Shown here: positions 1 to 13,150 of the stretch, piece by piece
Numbering within the stretch: the stretch's first letter is position 1
Layout of the letters: each line of letters begins with the position of its first letter
From: the human T2T-CHM13v2.0 reference genome, Homo sapiens
Assembly (NCBI RefSeq): GCF_009914755.1
Contig: NC_060939.1
DNA: 64,000 nucleotides
Reading direction: 5' to 3' (one strand)
Program-made: the position numbers and the translations under genes
Notes under the pieces: model-generated
Databases searched by the model: none
Told to the model about the DNA's origin: nothing
What the model saw: the letters and a program-made list of their open reading frames with translations, nothing else

Positions 1-468
1 AAACAAAAATGGGGGAATATGAGTAAGGACCCTGCAACACTATTGGCACAAGCCTTATTTACCCTTAATTTTTAAAATGTAGATGATAAATTTCAATTAG
101 CTGTAGAAAAGTACTTTGCTAAAACCTTTCAAGACATAAAACCCACAGTTTTATGGAAAGATGTAAACAGTAATGTATGGTGTGGTCCAAATGAATGCTT
201 AACATGGGAAAGAGAATATGCTTGTGTTCACACCCCCTCAGGTCCTCTTTGGATTCCAGCACGATGCATCAAACCATACCATGGTGTGGCTAGGACCCAA
301 CCTGGTACCAGAAATGAAGAAAATGACCTTATGGGACCCATAGCCCCAGACGATGTGGCTTCCTCAGATGACACAAGCCCCAGACATTACCTGATGGATG
401 CTGAAGAAGACAACTCAAAAGGCCCAACACATCCTGCTCTAGATACAGACACCGTTTACTCCAGATAA
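1..468 (+). pseudogene. pol: Retroviral pol (integrase C-terminus), disrupted
   Basis: Frame 1 reads KQKWG..LAQALFTLNF*...VLWKDVNSNVWCGPNECLTWEREYACV..GPLWIPARCIKP, matching the betaretroviral IN tail pattern (ALFTLNF, WKD..W.GP..WGRGYACV..W.P.R); in-frame TAA at 73-75. Confidence 0.85.
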
Positions 469-469
469 C

Positions 470-888
470 ATGTTCCTTTTTATGCTCATTTTGCCTGCTA
501 CCTGTACCTACACTTTATTAAGCCCATCTTCTAAATCCACCTTTTTTCAGCCCTGTTACTTAGGCAAACACCCGCTCCCAGCAACTGACAACGTGACTGC
601 TTGGCTAAGAGGAATTAACATACCCCCAGTGGGGTTCCTCAGCAACAGCCATATGAAAGGATATGCAAAAACATCTCTCTTGGATAGACCTCCCACTCCT
701 AGGGGTCACTCCTCAATTGGAAAAGAATGTTGCTAATTATACTCATGTTTGTTTTATGTTACTTAATAATTCTAGGATGCAAAGCCAGAGTACAAGTTAT
801 AACTGCTGTACCTGACAAGCCTGTTGCTGCACACATTTGCACTCTTCAATCAACAAAGCCTAATGCAGAAAAACAGAAAAGGGGGAGA
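470..888 (+). pseudogene. env: env remnant with a large internal deletion
   Basis: Signal-peptide/SU-start-like peptide (MFLFMLILP...NVTAWLRGINIPP) followed within ~250 nt by a TM anchor and tail (MLLIILMFVLCYLIILGCK...KRGRCG) running into the PPT. Confidence 0.7.
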
Positions 889-1294
889 TGTGGGAGATCA
901 TTCACGGTAGTGGGAGAAATTACAGGAATAGAAGCAAACCTTCTTGAAGGGCTGGGTGTGGGTTGCAAAAGCTTTGAAAGATAATTTGGCTGAAGGCTAA
1001 ATAGTTTGCTTACTCATGTTGTCCTAAAACCAACCTTTGATCATTCATGCACAGGATTGCTCTTTACCTAGGGGGGTTGGCAATATTATTTACCCACAAA
1101 GAATGTTGACTCAAGCCTTTGTCATTAAATCTGTACTAAATAAATGCTCACAACACCAGCTAGTTGGGGCTGTGGCTGCTACAACTCTTTCTGTGAACGG
1201 CCTGGTCCCCTATGCCACCCTTTCACTAGATACCTCTGTCTGAGTGCATTCTGTCATCCATCATTCAGCCAGGGTCTGTAGGTTGGACCCAGCA
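889..1294 (+). mobile_element. 3' LTR, LTR22-like (HML-5)
   Basis: TG...CA termini (TGTGGGAGATC...GGACCCAGCA), directly follows the PPT, AATAAA at 1139-1144; L1 sequence resumes at 1295. Confidence 0.85.
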
Positions 1295-4200
1295 CAGTAT
1301 CATACTAGCTGTGGGTATCTGGGCTTTTATTGTGTCGAGGTATACTCAGTTTGACAATTTTTTATTATGAAAGGATATTGAATTTTATCAATGCTTTTTC
1401 AGCATCAATTGAAATGATCATAAGGCTTTTGTCCTTCAGTCTGTTGATATCATGTATCACAGTGATTGATTTGCATATGTTGAATCATCCTTGCATCCCT
1501 GGGATAAATTCTACTTGGTCATGATGAATGATCTTTTTAATGTGTTGTTAAATTTGGTTTGCTAGTATTTTGTTGAGGATTTTTGCATCAATGATCATCA
1601 GGGATATTGGCACATAGTTTTGTTGGGATTTTTTATGCCTCTGTCTGGTTTCAGTATCAGGGTGATGCTGGCCTCGTAGAATGAGTTTGGCAGTAATTCC
1701 TCCTCCTCTATTTTTTGGAATAGTTTCAGTATGATTGTTATGAATTTTTTAAATATTTGGTAAAATTCAAGAGTGAAGACATTGGGTCATGGGTTTTTCT
1801 ATGCTGGGAGACTTTATACTACAACTTCAATCTTGTTACTTGTTATTGGTCTATTCAGGTTTTGGTTTTTTTATGGTTGAGTCTATGCAGGTTATATGTG
1901 ACTGGGAATTTATCTGTTTCTTCTAGGTCTTCCCATTTATTGACATAAATGCCAATTGGCATATAGCAGAGCAGCTCTATAATGATTCTTTAGAATTGCT
2001 CAGAGCAGCCTCTAATTATTCTTTGAATTTCTGCAGTATTGATTGTAATATCTTCTTTTTTCATCTATGATTTTGTCTTTTTAGTTAGCTTGATTAAAGG
2101 CTTGTCAATTTTATCTCTTCCAAAAAACAATTTTTTGTTTCACTGATCTTTTGTATTGTTTCCTTCATTTCAATTTCATTTATTTCTACTCTAATCTTTA
2201 TTATTTCTTTTCTTCAGCTAACATTGGGTTTGGTTTGCTCTCACTTTTTAGTTCTTTAACTGCATTATTAAGTTGTTTATTTGAAGTTTTTCTCCTTTTT
2301 TGATGTAGAAACTTATAGCTTTTGAATGTTTTAAGACTTGTTGGGTGGCCTAATATATGCCTATCCTTGAGAATGATCCATATGGTCTGGAAAAGAATAT
2401 GTATTCTGTAGCTGTTGAGTGAAATGTTCTGTAAATATCTTTCAGGTCCATTTGGTCTATAGTGTAGATTAAGTCTGATTTTTTTGTTGATTTTCTGTCT
2501 AGGTGATCCATCCAATGCTGAAATTGGGGTGTTGAAACCTTCAGCTTTTACTGTATTGGGGTCTACTTGTCTTTAGCTCTAACAATATTTGCTTTATATA
2601 TCTGGGTGTTCCAGTGTTGAATGTGAACATATTTACAATTGTTATCCCCTCTTGCTGAATTGACCCCTTTCTCATTATATAATAATACTCTTTGTGTCTT
2701 TTTATATTTCTTTTCTTGAAATCTATTTTGTTTGATATATATATTGCTACTCCTGCTCTTTTGTGGTTTCTATTTGCATGGAATGTGTTTTTTCATTCCT
2801 TTATTTTCAGTCTATGTGTGTCTTTATAGGTCAAGTTTGTTTCATGTAGGCAGCAGATCATTGGGTATTGTTTTTTCATCCATTCAGCCATTCTATTTCT
2901 TTTGATGGTAGAGTTTAGTCTATTTATATTTAATGTTATTATTGGTAAGTAAGGACTTACTTCTGCCATTTTGTTGTTTGTTTTCTGGTTGCTCTGTGGT
3001 TATTATCTTCTTTCTTTCCTTCCTTCCTGTCTTCTTTTTAGTGAAAGTTATTTTCCTGATAATATCATTCAATTTCTTGCTTTTTATTTTTTGTGTATTT
3101 GTTGTATGTTTTTAGATTTTATGATACCACGAGGCTGGCAAATAATGTCTTGTAACTCATTATTTTAAATGGGTAACACTGATTGCATAAACAAACAAAC
3201 AAGCCAAGGGAAAACTAATAAAAAAAACTCTACACTTTAACTTTGTCCCCCTGTTTAACATTTTATTGTTTCTATTTATAACTTAGTGTACTATGTCTTG
3301 AAAACATGTTTTAGTTATGTTTGATCAGTCTGTCTTTTAATCTTTCTACTTAAGATATGAGTAACTTACAAACCACAATTACAGTTTTATACTATTTCAT
3401 GTTTTTCTATGTACTTACCAATACCAGTGAGTTTTGTACCTTTAGATGATTTGCTGTTACTTGGTAACATCCTTTTCATTGACAGTTAAGAACTCCCATT
3501 AGCCTTTCTTGTAGGACAAGTCTGGTGTTGATTAAATTCCTCAGCTTTGATTTGTCTGAGAAAGTCTTTATTTCTCATTATTTTTTTCCAGATATACTCT
3601 TCCAAGGAAAAGGGTTTTTTCCTCAGTACTTTATGTATGTCGTGCCAGTGTCTCCTGGCCTGTAGGATTTCCACTGAAAAGTCTGCTGCCAGACATATTG
3701 GAGCTCCATTGTATGTTTTCTCTGGCTGTTTTTTTTAATTCTTTTTTTATCCTTGACTTTTGGGAGTTAGATTATTAGATGCTTTGAGGTAATCTTTGGG
3801 TTAAGTCTGCCTGGAGTTATATAATCTTCCTGTACCTGAATATTGATATCTCTTTCTCTAGGTTTGGGAAGTTCTGTTATTATTCCTTTGAATAAACTTT
3901 CTATGCCTATGTCTTCCTCTACCTCCTCTTTAAGGCCAATAACTCAGATTTGCCCTTTTGAGGCTTAGATCCTGTAGGCGTGCTTCATTCTTTTTTGATT
4001 CTTTTTTCATTTGTCTCCTCTGTCTATTTTCAAATAGCCTGTCTTTAAGCTCACTAATTCTTTCTTCTGTTTGATCAATTCTGTTTTTAAGAGACTCCTG
4101 ATGCATTCTTCAGTATGTCAATCATATTTTTCAGCTCCAGAATTTCTGCTTAATTCTTTTCATTTCATTCTCTTTGTTAAGTTTATCTGATGGGATTCTG

Positions 4201-6357
4201 AATTTCTTCTATGTTATTTTGAATTTCATTGACATTGCTCAAAACAGCTATTTTAAAGTCTCTATCTGAAAGGGCACATATACCTATCTAAGACTGGTCT
4301 CGGCTGCCTTGTTTAGCTCATTTTGCGAGGTCATGTTTTTCTGGATGATCTGGATGCTTGTGGATGTGGCATTCAAGAGTTAAGTATTTATTTTAGTCTT
4401 CACAGTCTGTGCTTCTTTATACCTACTCTTCTTGGGGAGGCGTTCCAGGTATTCTCAGGGACTTGGGAGTTGTTATCTAAGTTTTTGGTCACTTCCACCT
4501 CATCTGCATTAAATGGGGACACCCCTAGACCAGTAATGCTATGCCTCTTGCAGACTCATAGAGGTATTTTCTTGGTAGTCTTGAATAAAATCCAGAAGAG
4601 TTCTCTGGATTACCACACAGAAACTCTTTTTTCTCCTCCCTTACTGTCTCCCAAACAAATGGAGTCTCTAAGTGCTGAGATGCCTGGACCTGCAAAAGTG
4701 GTGACACAAGCCCTCCTATGGCCACTACCACTGGACTGCACTGGGTGAGACCTGAAGCCAGAATGGTACTAAGTCACACCCCAGGCCTGGTGTATTCACT
4801 GCCTACCTACTGCCTATGTTTGCTCACAGACCTAGGGCTCTACAATCAGCTGTGGCAAAGCCAACCAGGCTTCTATTCTTCTGTTCAAGGCAGCAAGTTC
4901 CCCCTGGTTTTGGGCAGGTCCAGAAATGCTGTTCCAGAGCCAAGGCCTAGAGTCAGAAACATTAAGAATCTACCTGGTGCTTTACTGCAGCTGAGCTAAC
5001 ACCCAAACCACAAGATAAAGTTCTTCCCAATCCTCCTTTCCCTTTACACAAGCAGAGGAGTCTCTCCCCATCTCCTTCACTGCCCCAGGTCCACAGCAAG
5101 TATCATCTGGCTACAGCCAACATTCATTCAAGGCCCAAGGGCTCTTCACTCAGCTTGTGGTCAATGTTGCAAAGCCTGGGACACATCCTTCAGGGCAGTG
5201 AGCTCCTCTTTGGCCCAGGGTACATCCAGAAATGCTATCCAAGACTCAAGGCCTGGAATCAGAAACCTCAAGAGGCTGCTTCTTGCTCTACCTCACTGTG
5301 ACCAAGCTGGTACCTAAGCTGCAAGACAAAGTCCCCTTTGTCTTTCTCAAATAGGAGTCCCTGTTCTTTGCCACCACAGCTGGCAATGTGCTAGGTTACA
5401 CCTGAAGGCTGCACATCTGAGTTTTACCCATGGCCCACAGTAAGAACTACTTGAATACTGCTGGTAATTACTCAGGGCCCAAGAGCTCTTCAGTCAGCAG
5501 GTGATGAATCCTGCCAGGACTGGGTCCTTCCCTTTAAGACAGTGAGTTTTCTTCTGGCCTAAATTATGTCTGGATATGTTGTCCAGGAACTAGGTCCTGG
5601 AATGGAGGCCTTAGAATTCTGCCTGGTGCCCTATCCTATAGTGTCTGAGTTGGTATCCAACTTGCAAGACAAAGTCTTCTTTACTCTTCCCTCTCCTCTC
5701 ATGTGGAAGAAAGGAGCCTCTCTTAGAGCTGTAAGCTGCACTGTGCTGTGCTGCACTGCACTGCCCAGGGTTAGAGAAGGTGTGATGCAAGCACTCCTTG
5801 GATTGTCCCACCTGGTGTCTCACTAGGTCACTTGCCCCCCAAGTCCACTGGCTCCAATCCCAGAACAGTATCAGGACTTGTGCAGAAACTGCCATACTTG
5901 TGGCCTTTCAAGTTTATTTAGAACCATAGAGCACTTTAGTCCACTGTGGCATGGCCTGCCAGATCTCAGTTCTGACCACTGGGATGGGCTATTCCTCTCT
6001 GGCTAGGGCTGGTATAATTACTCCTTCCATGACCACCAGCAAAGTTCTGCTTGGTATTGCTTTCCACTGTAAGAGCACAGCACTGTTTCTATTCATAGTC
6101 CTGGAAATCACTGTGCTCTCCATCCCCTAAGCAGACACATTCTCCATGCCACCTGGCCACTGCCAAAGTATAGGGTATGGATGGCATCAGCAAGTCAAGA
6201 CTGTCTTTTCTACCCTCTTCAGTGCCTCTTTCAGTGATATTAAGTTAAAACCAGATGCTGTGATTCCTCACCTGGTTTTTGGTTCATATGAAGGTGCTTT
6301 TCTTTGTGTGGACAATTGGTAGAGGCTTGTCTTTGGCCATCTTGTTCTACCTCCTCC
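1295..6357 (-). mobile_element. Old L1 (L1MA/L1M2-like): 5'UTR, ORF1 and 5' half of ORF2, interrupted by the provirus
   Basis: Antisense ORF2/ORF1 remnants; 5' terminus GGAGGAGGTAGAACAAGATGGCC on minus; flank TTGGTTTCTTTTT/A resembles an L1 endonuclease target. Confidence 0.9.
6335..6344 (-). promoter_or_regulatory. YY1-type motif at the L1 5' end
   Basis: CAAGATGGCC on minus, ~13 nt inside the L1 5' terminus, the usual L1 YY1 position. Confidence 0.6.
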
Positions 6358-6479
6358 TTGGTTTCTTTTTACGTAACTGTCAAGATCCTCCCATCCTCTA
6401 AGTCTCACTCATCACTTCTTACAGTAGTCCATTGATCTCCTAGTTGGTTTCTCTATCTCTATCTCAAGCATAATATCTA

Positions 6480-7020
6480 CATTTCATCTTTCACTTTGTT
6501 GCCAAAGATATCATTCTTCTCTTTAAAATCTTTTGGAGATACCTAGTTGTCTTTAGAATAAAATTCAAATTACTCAGTGTAACTATGTTCTAGCTCCTAC
6601 CTACATTTCCAGTATTAAATCCAGGTTTATCTTCTTGCACTGTGCTCTCTTACATGTATGCGCCTTTTACTCCTGCTGCTCACCTTTGCCTACCCCTTGC
6701 CTCACCCTCCCAACTCCAACTGTTCAGTCAAACCTCACTCATATGCTTACCCACCCAAGGAAAACTAGTCTAACTCCATATCTTGGGTAAAGGCACCATC
6801 TTTGTGCTTCTAGAAGATCCATCTGTGGCTTCATCTATCTTGTATTACATGTTGGCACTACCTTGTCTATGTTCCCACCAGAGAGAATGCATTTTTGGGG
6901 GCAGATTCTATGCTCTGCACCTCTAAACTTTTAGTACATACAGCAGAATCTGGCATACAATACACATTTTCTAAAGCTGAGAAAACAAAACACTGATTGA
7001 AGGAATGAATGCATAAATGT
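6480..7020 (+). mobile_element. L2 relic fragments
   Basis: Degenerate L2 3' motifs (TTAGAATAAAATTCAAAT; CTGGCATACAATA...GAATGAATG). Confidence 0.5.
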
Positions 7021-7729
7021 CATGACTTTCCAATTCATCATCAGTAAACTAGGATTAACAATCTGTTTCACAACATCCTTCTAACAATCAAATATGATGA
7101 TTTTTAAACATTTTGTTGGAAGTTAAAATGCCAAAGAATCAGTTATTATTAATAAAAAGTAATGATTACTATTATACGTATAACTGTCAATTTTCTTGGC
7201 CCCTGGCCCTTCTACTCCACCTTCTCTGCCAGTCTCCAGCTTTTAAGTCCCACTGTCCTTTTCCTCTGCTTCTATTTCTCTCCTATACAGTCCTACTGGA
7301 AAAAAAACTTCATAAACAAACTGATTAGCTCCATTATAAATTTGTGATCTCCAAACTCAGCTGGATTCTCAATGCTTGTCAGCATTAATCTTTAATTAAT
7401 TCCTTTTCCATTCCAAATAGCAGCTGTTAAAACATTTACCATCCTCTAATCCCATCCCTCATCCTCGATGAATAACCAAGATTCAAAATTCACCAAGACA
7501 TTAATTTGATCAACTGTCATCTCCTCAACATCTAATTTCCAGTATCATTTTTCTTTCATAGTGCTCTGAAATTTAGATCTTTTAATCATTTCCAAACTTA
7601 ACTCCTCTATTGATTTAATAGAAATATTTTAGCTAATTTTTTCTACTCCTAGATATATGTGCTGACACACGTCAGCTGGTATGTAAATTGAAAAAAAAAT
7701 GTAAAATCTTCATTGAAACCCATTCTCCA

Positions 7730-8245
7730 ATCAAATCAGGATGGATGCTTTCAGCTGAAACTAAAAAAAGAAAAAGTCAACTCAAACTAGCTTATACAAT
7801 TTTTAAACATCTAATTCATTAAAGGGGAAGTCTATAAGTAGGACAAGATTTAGAAATGGTTGATCTTGCATTTTATTCACATCACCCAAGATGTACATTC
7901 TTTCTGTTTCTCCACTATCATGCACAGCTTCATCTTCATTCTGGTTCCCTTGTGATTATAAGTCATTAAGTTGGGGCTAATTGGTTCCTAATTTATACAT
8001 GATGGAAGAAAAACCAACTTCTTATGAGGCTGTCTGAAGAAGAAAACCTTCGCAGAAGCCTCAGTAAACTTTTCCTCATATCTCATTACATCACATGTCC
8101 CGTTCTAAACCAGTTATTAGCAAGAGGGATAAAAATACTTTCACATCATTTGAACCCACCACTACAGCTGAGCACAATTTTCAAACCACATTAGGAATGG
8201 TAGAGATGCCATCGAGGAGCCAACCACCATATCCATTATGCCATC
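7730..8245. mobile_element. Ancient MaLR LTR (MLT1-like)
   Basis: TCAGCTG..AAC..AACTCAAACTAGCTTA..CAAT start and CTCATATCTCATT..ATCACATGTCC internal motif. Confidence 0.45.
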
Positions 8246-8829
8246 CAAGCTGCTCTCTCGCACACTTGGGCATTCCACCTGTAGCTGGTCCCTTGTGGTT
8301 TGGTAAATAAGATTTCCTCCCGTGTCACCAGGTTTCCGCTCTTCTTCACTTGAGATACACCTTTCACAAAGCCCTGAAGAGGAATATAGCACCAATGCCA
8401 TAATGCCAATATCTTCTAGAACAACGAGAATTCTCTGCTAAGATAGGTAAATTCTAAAGCCACAAACCTGTATTCTCTTCAGTCATCTTTACACCTGAAT
8501 ATTCCTGTACTCCATGTACAAGTACAGCAAGTAGGGCCATCTCCTCAATCCTGGGTTGTGCTTTTCCAACTGAAAATCTCATTCCCACAGCCAGTATGGG
8601 TCTCTCTGGGAACCCAACCTGGGCCAGACAACAGACAAAATACTGTCCTTATTCAGCTTATCTCCCAAGCAGTCTTATTTGAATTTCTTGCTTCTTCAGA
8701 CACAAATTTTTCATGCAAATATCTCATGCAAATAGACTCCATTTCAGCCTCTTCACTAGTGTTCTCTTTAACTGCTCAAACTTACCTGTGCCACAATAGT
8801 GGACAAGGCCTAGGGAAACTAGCAGGTAG

Positions 8830-9800
8830 TAATGGGATATGATAAGCTTTGGAGTTAGAGAACTTCTGGTGCAAATATACACTCTACAATGTTTTTATCT
8901 CAGCTTTAGTTTTCTTACCTGAAAAACTGGATTAATAGCTAACTTCACATAATTCAGTCATTTTGGGTAAGTTACTTTACCTCTTTTGGTCTGCAATTTT
9001 CTCTACTGTGAAATGTGGTTTATAGGGCCCATAGCTGCATGAGTATCAAATAAGATAGTGAACAAATATCTAAAAGGATTCTTGACTTATAGTAAGTCAT
9101 CCATAAGTGTTTTCTCCCCAATTCGTTTTATCCTTCAGTTGGGTAGGAATGTGGTAGGGGTGATGTAATAATAGTAAGTTATGGGGTGACTATGTACTAG
9201 GCACTGTGCTAAACTCTTTATACTCCTTATCTTAGTCTTAGCAAGAGCAGCCCATCTTGTTATTAAATGTCCTCTATTTTAGATGAGAAAACTGAGGCCA
9301 AGAAGGGACATGGTTACACATCTATAAGTGACAGAGCCAAGATTGAAATCTAGGGCTCTCTGATTCTGATGTTTGTACTCTTAGCTACTACAACATCAGC
9401 CTCACTAGCATGGCTTCATGTGGGACAAGGCAGGTAAGATAAAATAATGGCAACACTGGGACTCTTATGCGAATGTATTAAAAAAAAAGAAAATTTGGCT
9501 TGTCAAAAAATAAGAAAATACCCCCTCAGTGGACCTTGTCCCTGAGAAAGGAATTGGAGTTTTGCATTTAACCTTCTCTCTCTATTGCTTTGACCAACTG
9601 TTCTTGATCTATCTGCCTGAATATTTCCTTTCTGAATTCTCTTATCAAGTTGTGCAACTTAAATAAGTTACAATGTCTCTGCGTTTTATCTCTTCATCAC
9701 TAACATTGGATATCAACAGTATTTTTCTCATAGATGATAGGATAACATATTTGTAAAGCACTTCACCCAGTGTGTAGTAAGTTCTCAAAAACAACTATTG
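8830..9800. mobile_element. Cluster of MIR fragments
   Basis: MIR core motifs TTGGGTAAGTTACTTTACCTCT, TTTTAGATGAGAAAACTGAGGC, TTTGTAAAGCACTT in both orientations. Confidence 0.65.
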
Positions 9801-10094
9801 TTATTCTTGAATCATATGTCAATGTCACCTGAGGTAACCAGGTGTCTTAAAAATCTAGCTAAGACTAGCATGAACTTCCATTTTTACATTAGTAAAAAGT
9901 CTCATGACCTCCCCAATATTTGTGCAAACTCCTAGAAAATCAGGGAGTGCTTACATTCTTGTTACATCTGGCTCTAAGAGCTCCTGAACTACTGTAGCGT
10001 ACAGATTGTTTTGCTGTCCTCTGTACGCTATTCTTATTTCTAATTCCACCTTCTAGACATGAGACTCAGTTCCTTAAACTGTTTAACATTCATC

Positions 10095-10102
10095 CTCTCT
10101 CT

Positions 10103-10142
<40 letters not shown>
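10095..10142. repeat. (CT)n(CA)n microsatellite
   Basis: Seen directly. Confidence 0.95.
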
Positions 10143-10143
<1 letters not shown>

Positions 10144-10215
10144 CATGCACCTGCATCACTTTGCAAGTCTTTTCTGTGTGAATACCACATAGGATTTATA
10201 TGAAGCAAACTGAAC

Positions 10216-10908
10216 TTAAAAAGTCAGGAAACAATAGATGCTGGCGAGTCTGTGGAGAAATAGGAAGGCTTTTACACTGTTGGTGGGAGTATAAATTAGT
10301 TCAACCATTGTGGAAGACAGTGTGGTGATTCCTCAAGGATCTAGAACCAGAAATGCTATTTGACCCAGCAATCCCATTACCCAAAGGATTATAAATAATT
10401 CTACTATAAAGACACATGCACACATATGTTTACTGCCATACTATTTACAATAGCAAAGACTTGGAACCAGCCCAAATGCCCATCAATGATAGACTGGATA
10501 AAGAAAATGTGCCACATATACACCATGGAATACTATGTAGCCATAAAAAAGAATGAGATCATGTCCTTTGCAGAGACATGGATGAAGCTGGAAGCCATCT
10601 TTCTCAGCAAACTAACACAGGAACAGAAAACTAAATGCTGCAAGTTCTCACTCCTAAGTGGGAGTTGAACAATGAGAACACATGAACACAGGGAGGGGAA
10701 CATCACATACCCAGGCCTGTCAAAGGATGGGGGCAAGGGGAGGGATAGCGTTATGACAAATATCTAATGCATGTGGGGCTTAAAACCTAGATGATGGGTT
10801 GACACGTGCAGCAAACCACCATGGCACATGTATACCTATATAACAAACCGGCAAGTTGTACCTATATATTCCAGAACTTAAAATAAAAACAAAAGATAAA
10901 AAATAAAA
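10216..10908 (+). mobile_element. 5'-truncated L1PA (about PA7-PA10) 3' end
   Basis: ORF2 C-terminus ([19 protein letters not shown]), 3'UTR G-tract and A-rich tail. Confidence 0.9.
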
Positions 10909-11633
10909 TTATCCCTAACTGGAATAGATCCACCAGCCTTCTCTACATAGCACCATTGAAGTTACTGCAGTTCCCAGAGGACCGTGTCTTGCTGATGTAT
11001 TTTCGAAAGAAAACATCACAATTCGTAGCAGAGGATGAAACAAACAGTACTATGGGAATTGAAAACAATTAGATCAAGAATTTAAAAAATACAAGTCATA
11101 TGTTTTATAATATCTGCCCTACTGAATGTGTGATCCAAACATATAATCAAATCCTATCATGTCAAACAGAAGTTAGCAACCAAATCATTCAGGTACTTCC
11201 AAGCAATGTTAAAATCTGCACTCATAATTTCAAGCTCTTGATTTGAAATATTCAAGAGGTGAGAAGATGAATTAAATGAACCTAAGCATCCACACAAAAC
11301 AACCTACCCCTGCCTAACTATCTCTACTATCTCATCTTTCTTCATATTCTGTGCCAGCTACTCAATGGCCTTCTACTTTCCCCAATTCCCAATTTTAGCA
11401 AACCTCATTATCCAAATCAGTTTCGCTGTCAATCAATATCCCTACCCTGGGACTACCATCTACCCACACAATTTCCATGCTTCTCAAGGCTACTTCCCAC
11501 CAACCATCATGCTTCCAAGTATACTGAGAATTTTCAAATTCTGGTCTGTTCTTCTTCCCACATGACAAACCCAACTTCTTCCAACTCATTTCTCAATTAT
11601 TACCAACACAGACTGTCAATCCTCAGGCCATCA

Positions 11634-11927
<294 letters not shown>

Positions 11928-12604
11928 TCAGGCTACCAGGGGAAGGACTACAGGACTATTGGTAAATCTGGATTGAGAAACACACCATTCTGCCCATTAT
12001 TATCCTGTAGGTAGAAACAAAAATGAATCAATGTGCATGCCTACATGAATGGTCTTGAAGATAGAGATAAATTCATGTGATAAAATGCTTTCTCATTAAT
12101 CTATTTCATTATTCCTATGGAAATCAGAATTGACAAATAACACTTTGGACCAAAAAAGAAATACTTTACTTAAAAAAACCCACTGTGTTTCCTAGCTCTA
12201 ATTAAGTCAGTTTAATTGGGAAGAATGTGTCACTAAAGGTCATCTGGCTAGAATTTCTGAACTTTTCTCCAAATTCCACTTATTATCTCCCTTATATGTC
12301 TTATGTTCTTCAGTATTTTTTCTAACAAACAAACTAACTGCATTATGCATTAGCGTTAGGATTTTTGAAGTACTAGAAATAGCCTTCAGACATCAATTAC
12401 TACCTTTGAAGACTCAGGTTTTCTACCATTGATCTAATCTATCCCCTTCCTCTAGACAAAATATTGCTAGAACAAGACCGTTTCTTACTTCTAAGGATAA
12501 AAGGAAATGAGATGAAGCAGAGCTGTCCTGGCCAGCTGTTTAAGCCACTGACTAAAATAACAAGAGCAAGAAGTTGAAAATACCTGGTCTACTTTCTCAA
12601 ATAA

Positions 12605-13150
12605 ATTGTCCTCCTTTGTCAAAGATCAATAGCTGTAGATATTTGGCTTTATTTCCAGGTTTACTTTTCTGATCAATTGATCTGTGTGTCCTTTTTTAAC
12701 CAATACCATGCTGTTTTGGTAACTATAGCCATGTAGTATAATTTTAGGTCAAGTAATCTTGTACCTCAGGCTCTGTTCTTTTTTGCTTAGTATTGCTTTG
12801 GCTATTTGAGCTCTTTTTGTTGTTATTGTTCCATGAGAATTTTAGGATTTTTTTTCTAATTCTGTGACAAATGACATTGTATTTTGATAGGGATTGCATT
12901 GAATCTGTAGATTGTTTGGGGCACTATGGTCATTTCAATATTAACTCATCCAATCCATGAGCATGAAACATTTTTCCATTTCTTTGCATCATCTTCAGTT
13001 TCTTTTATGAGTGTTTTGTAATTTTCCTTGTAGAGATTTTTCACCTCCTTAAATATATTCCTAGATAATTTTTTGTAGCTATTGTAAATGATATTGTCTT
13101 CCTGATTTGGTTTTCAGCTTGACTATTATTAGTGTATAGAAATGGTACTG
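12605..13150 (-). mobile_element. Inverted 5' segment of an L1PB-like element
   Basis: Antisense ORF2 sequence whose left end is contiguous, in L1 coordinates, with the start of the sense segment at 13151. Confidence 0.85.

Larger units (their letters stand above)
1..888 (+). mobile_element. ERVK-class provirus internal region, 3' part (HERV-K HML-5 / HERVK22-like); continues left of the window
   Basis: Betaretroviral integrase C-terminus, then env remnants, then a polypurine tract AAAAGGGGGAGA (877-888) abutting an LTR22-like LTR. Confidence 0.85.

Noticed and set aside
8095-8842. Short ORFs of 71-94 aa in semi-unique sequence
   Set aside because: No recognisable domain; partly overlap an MLT1-like relic
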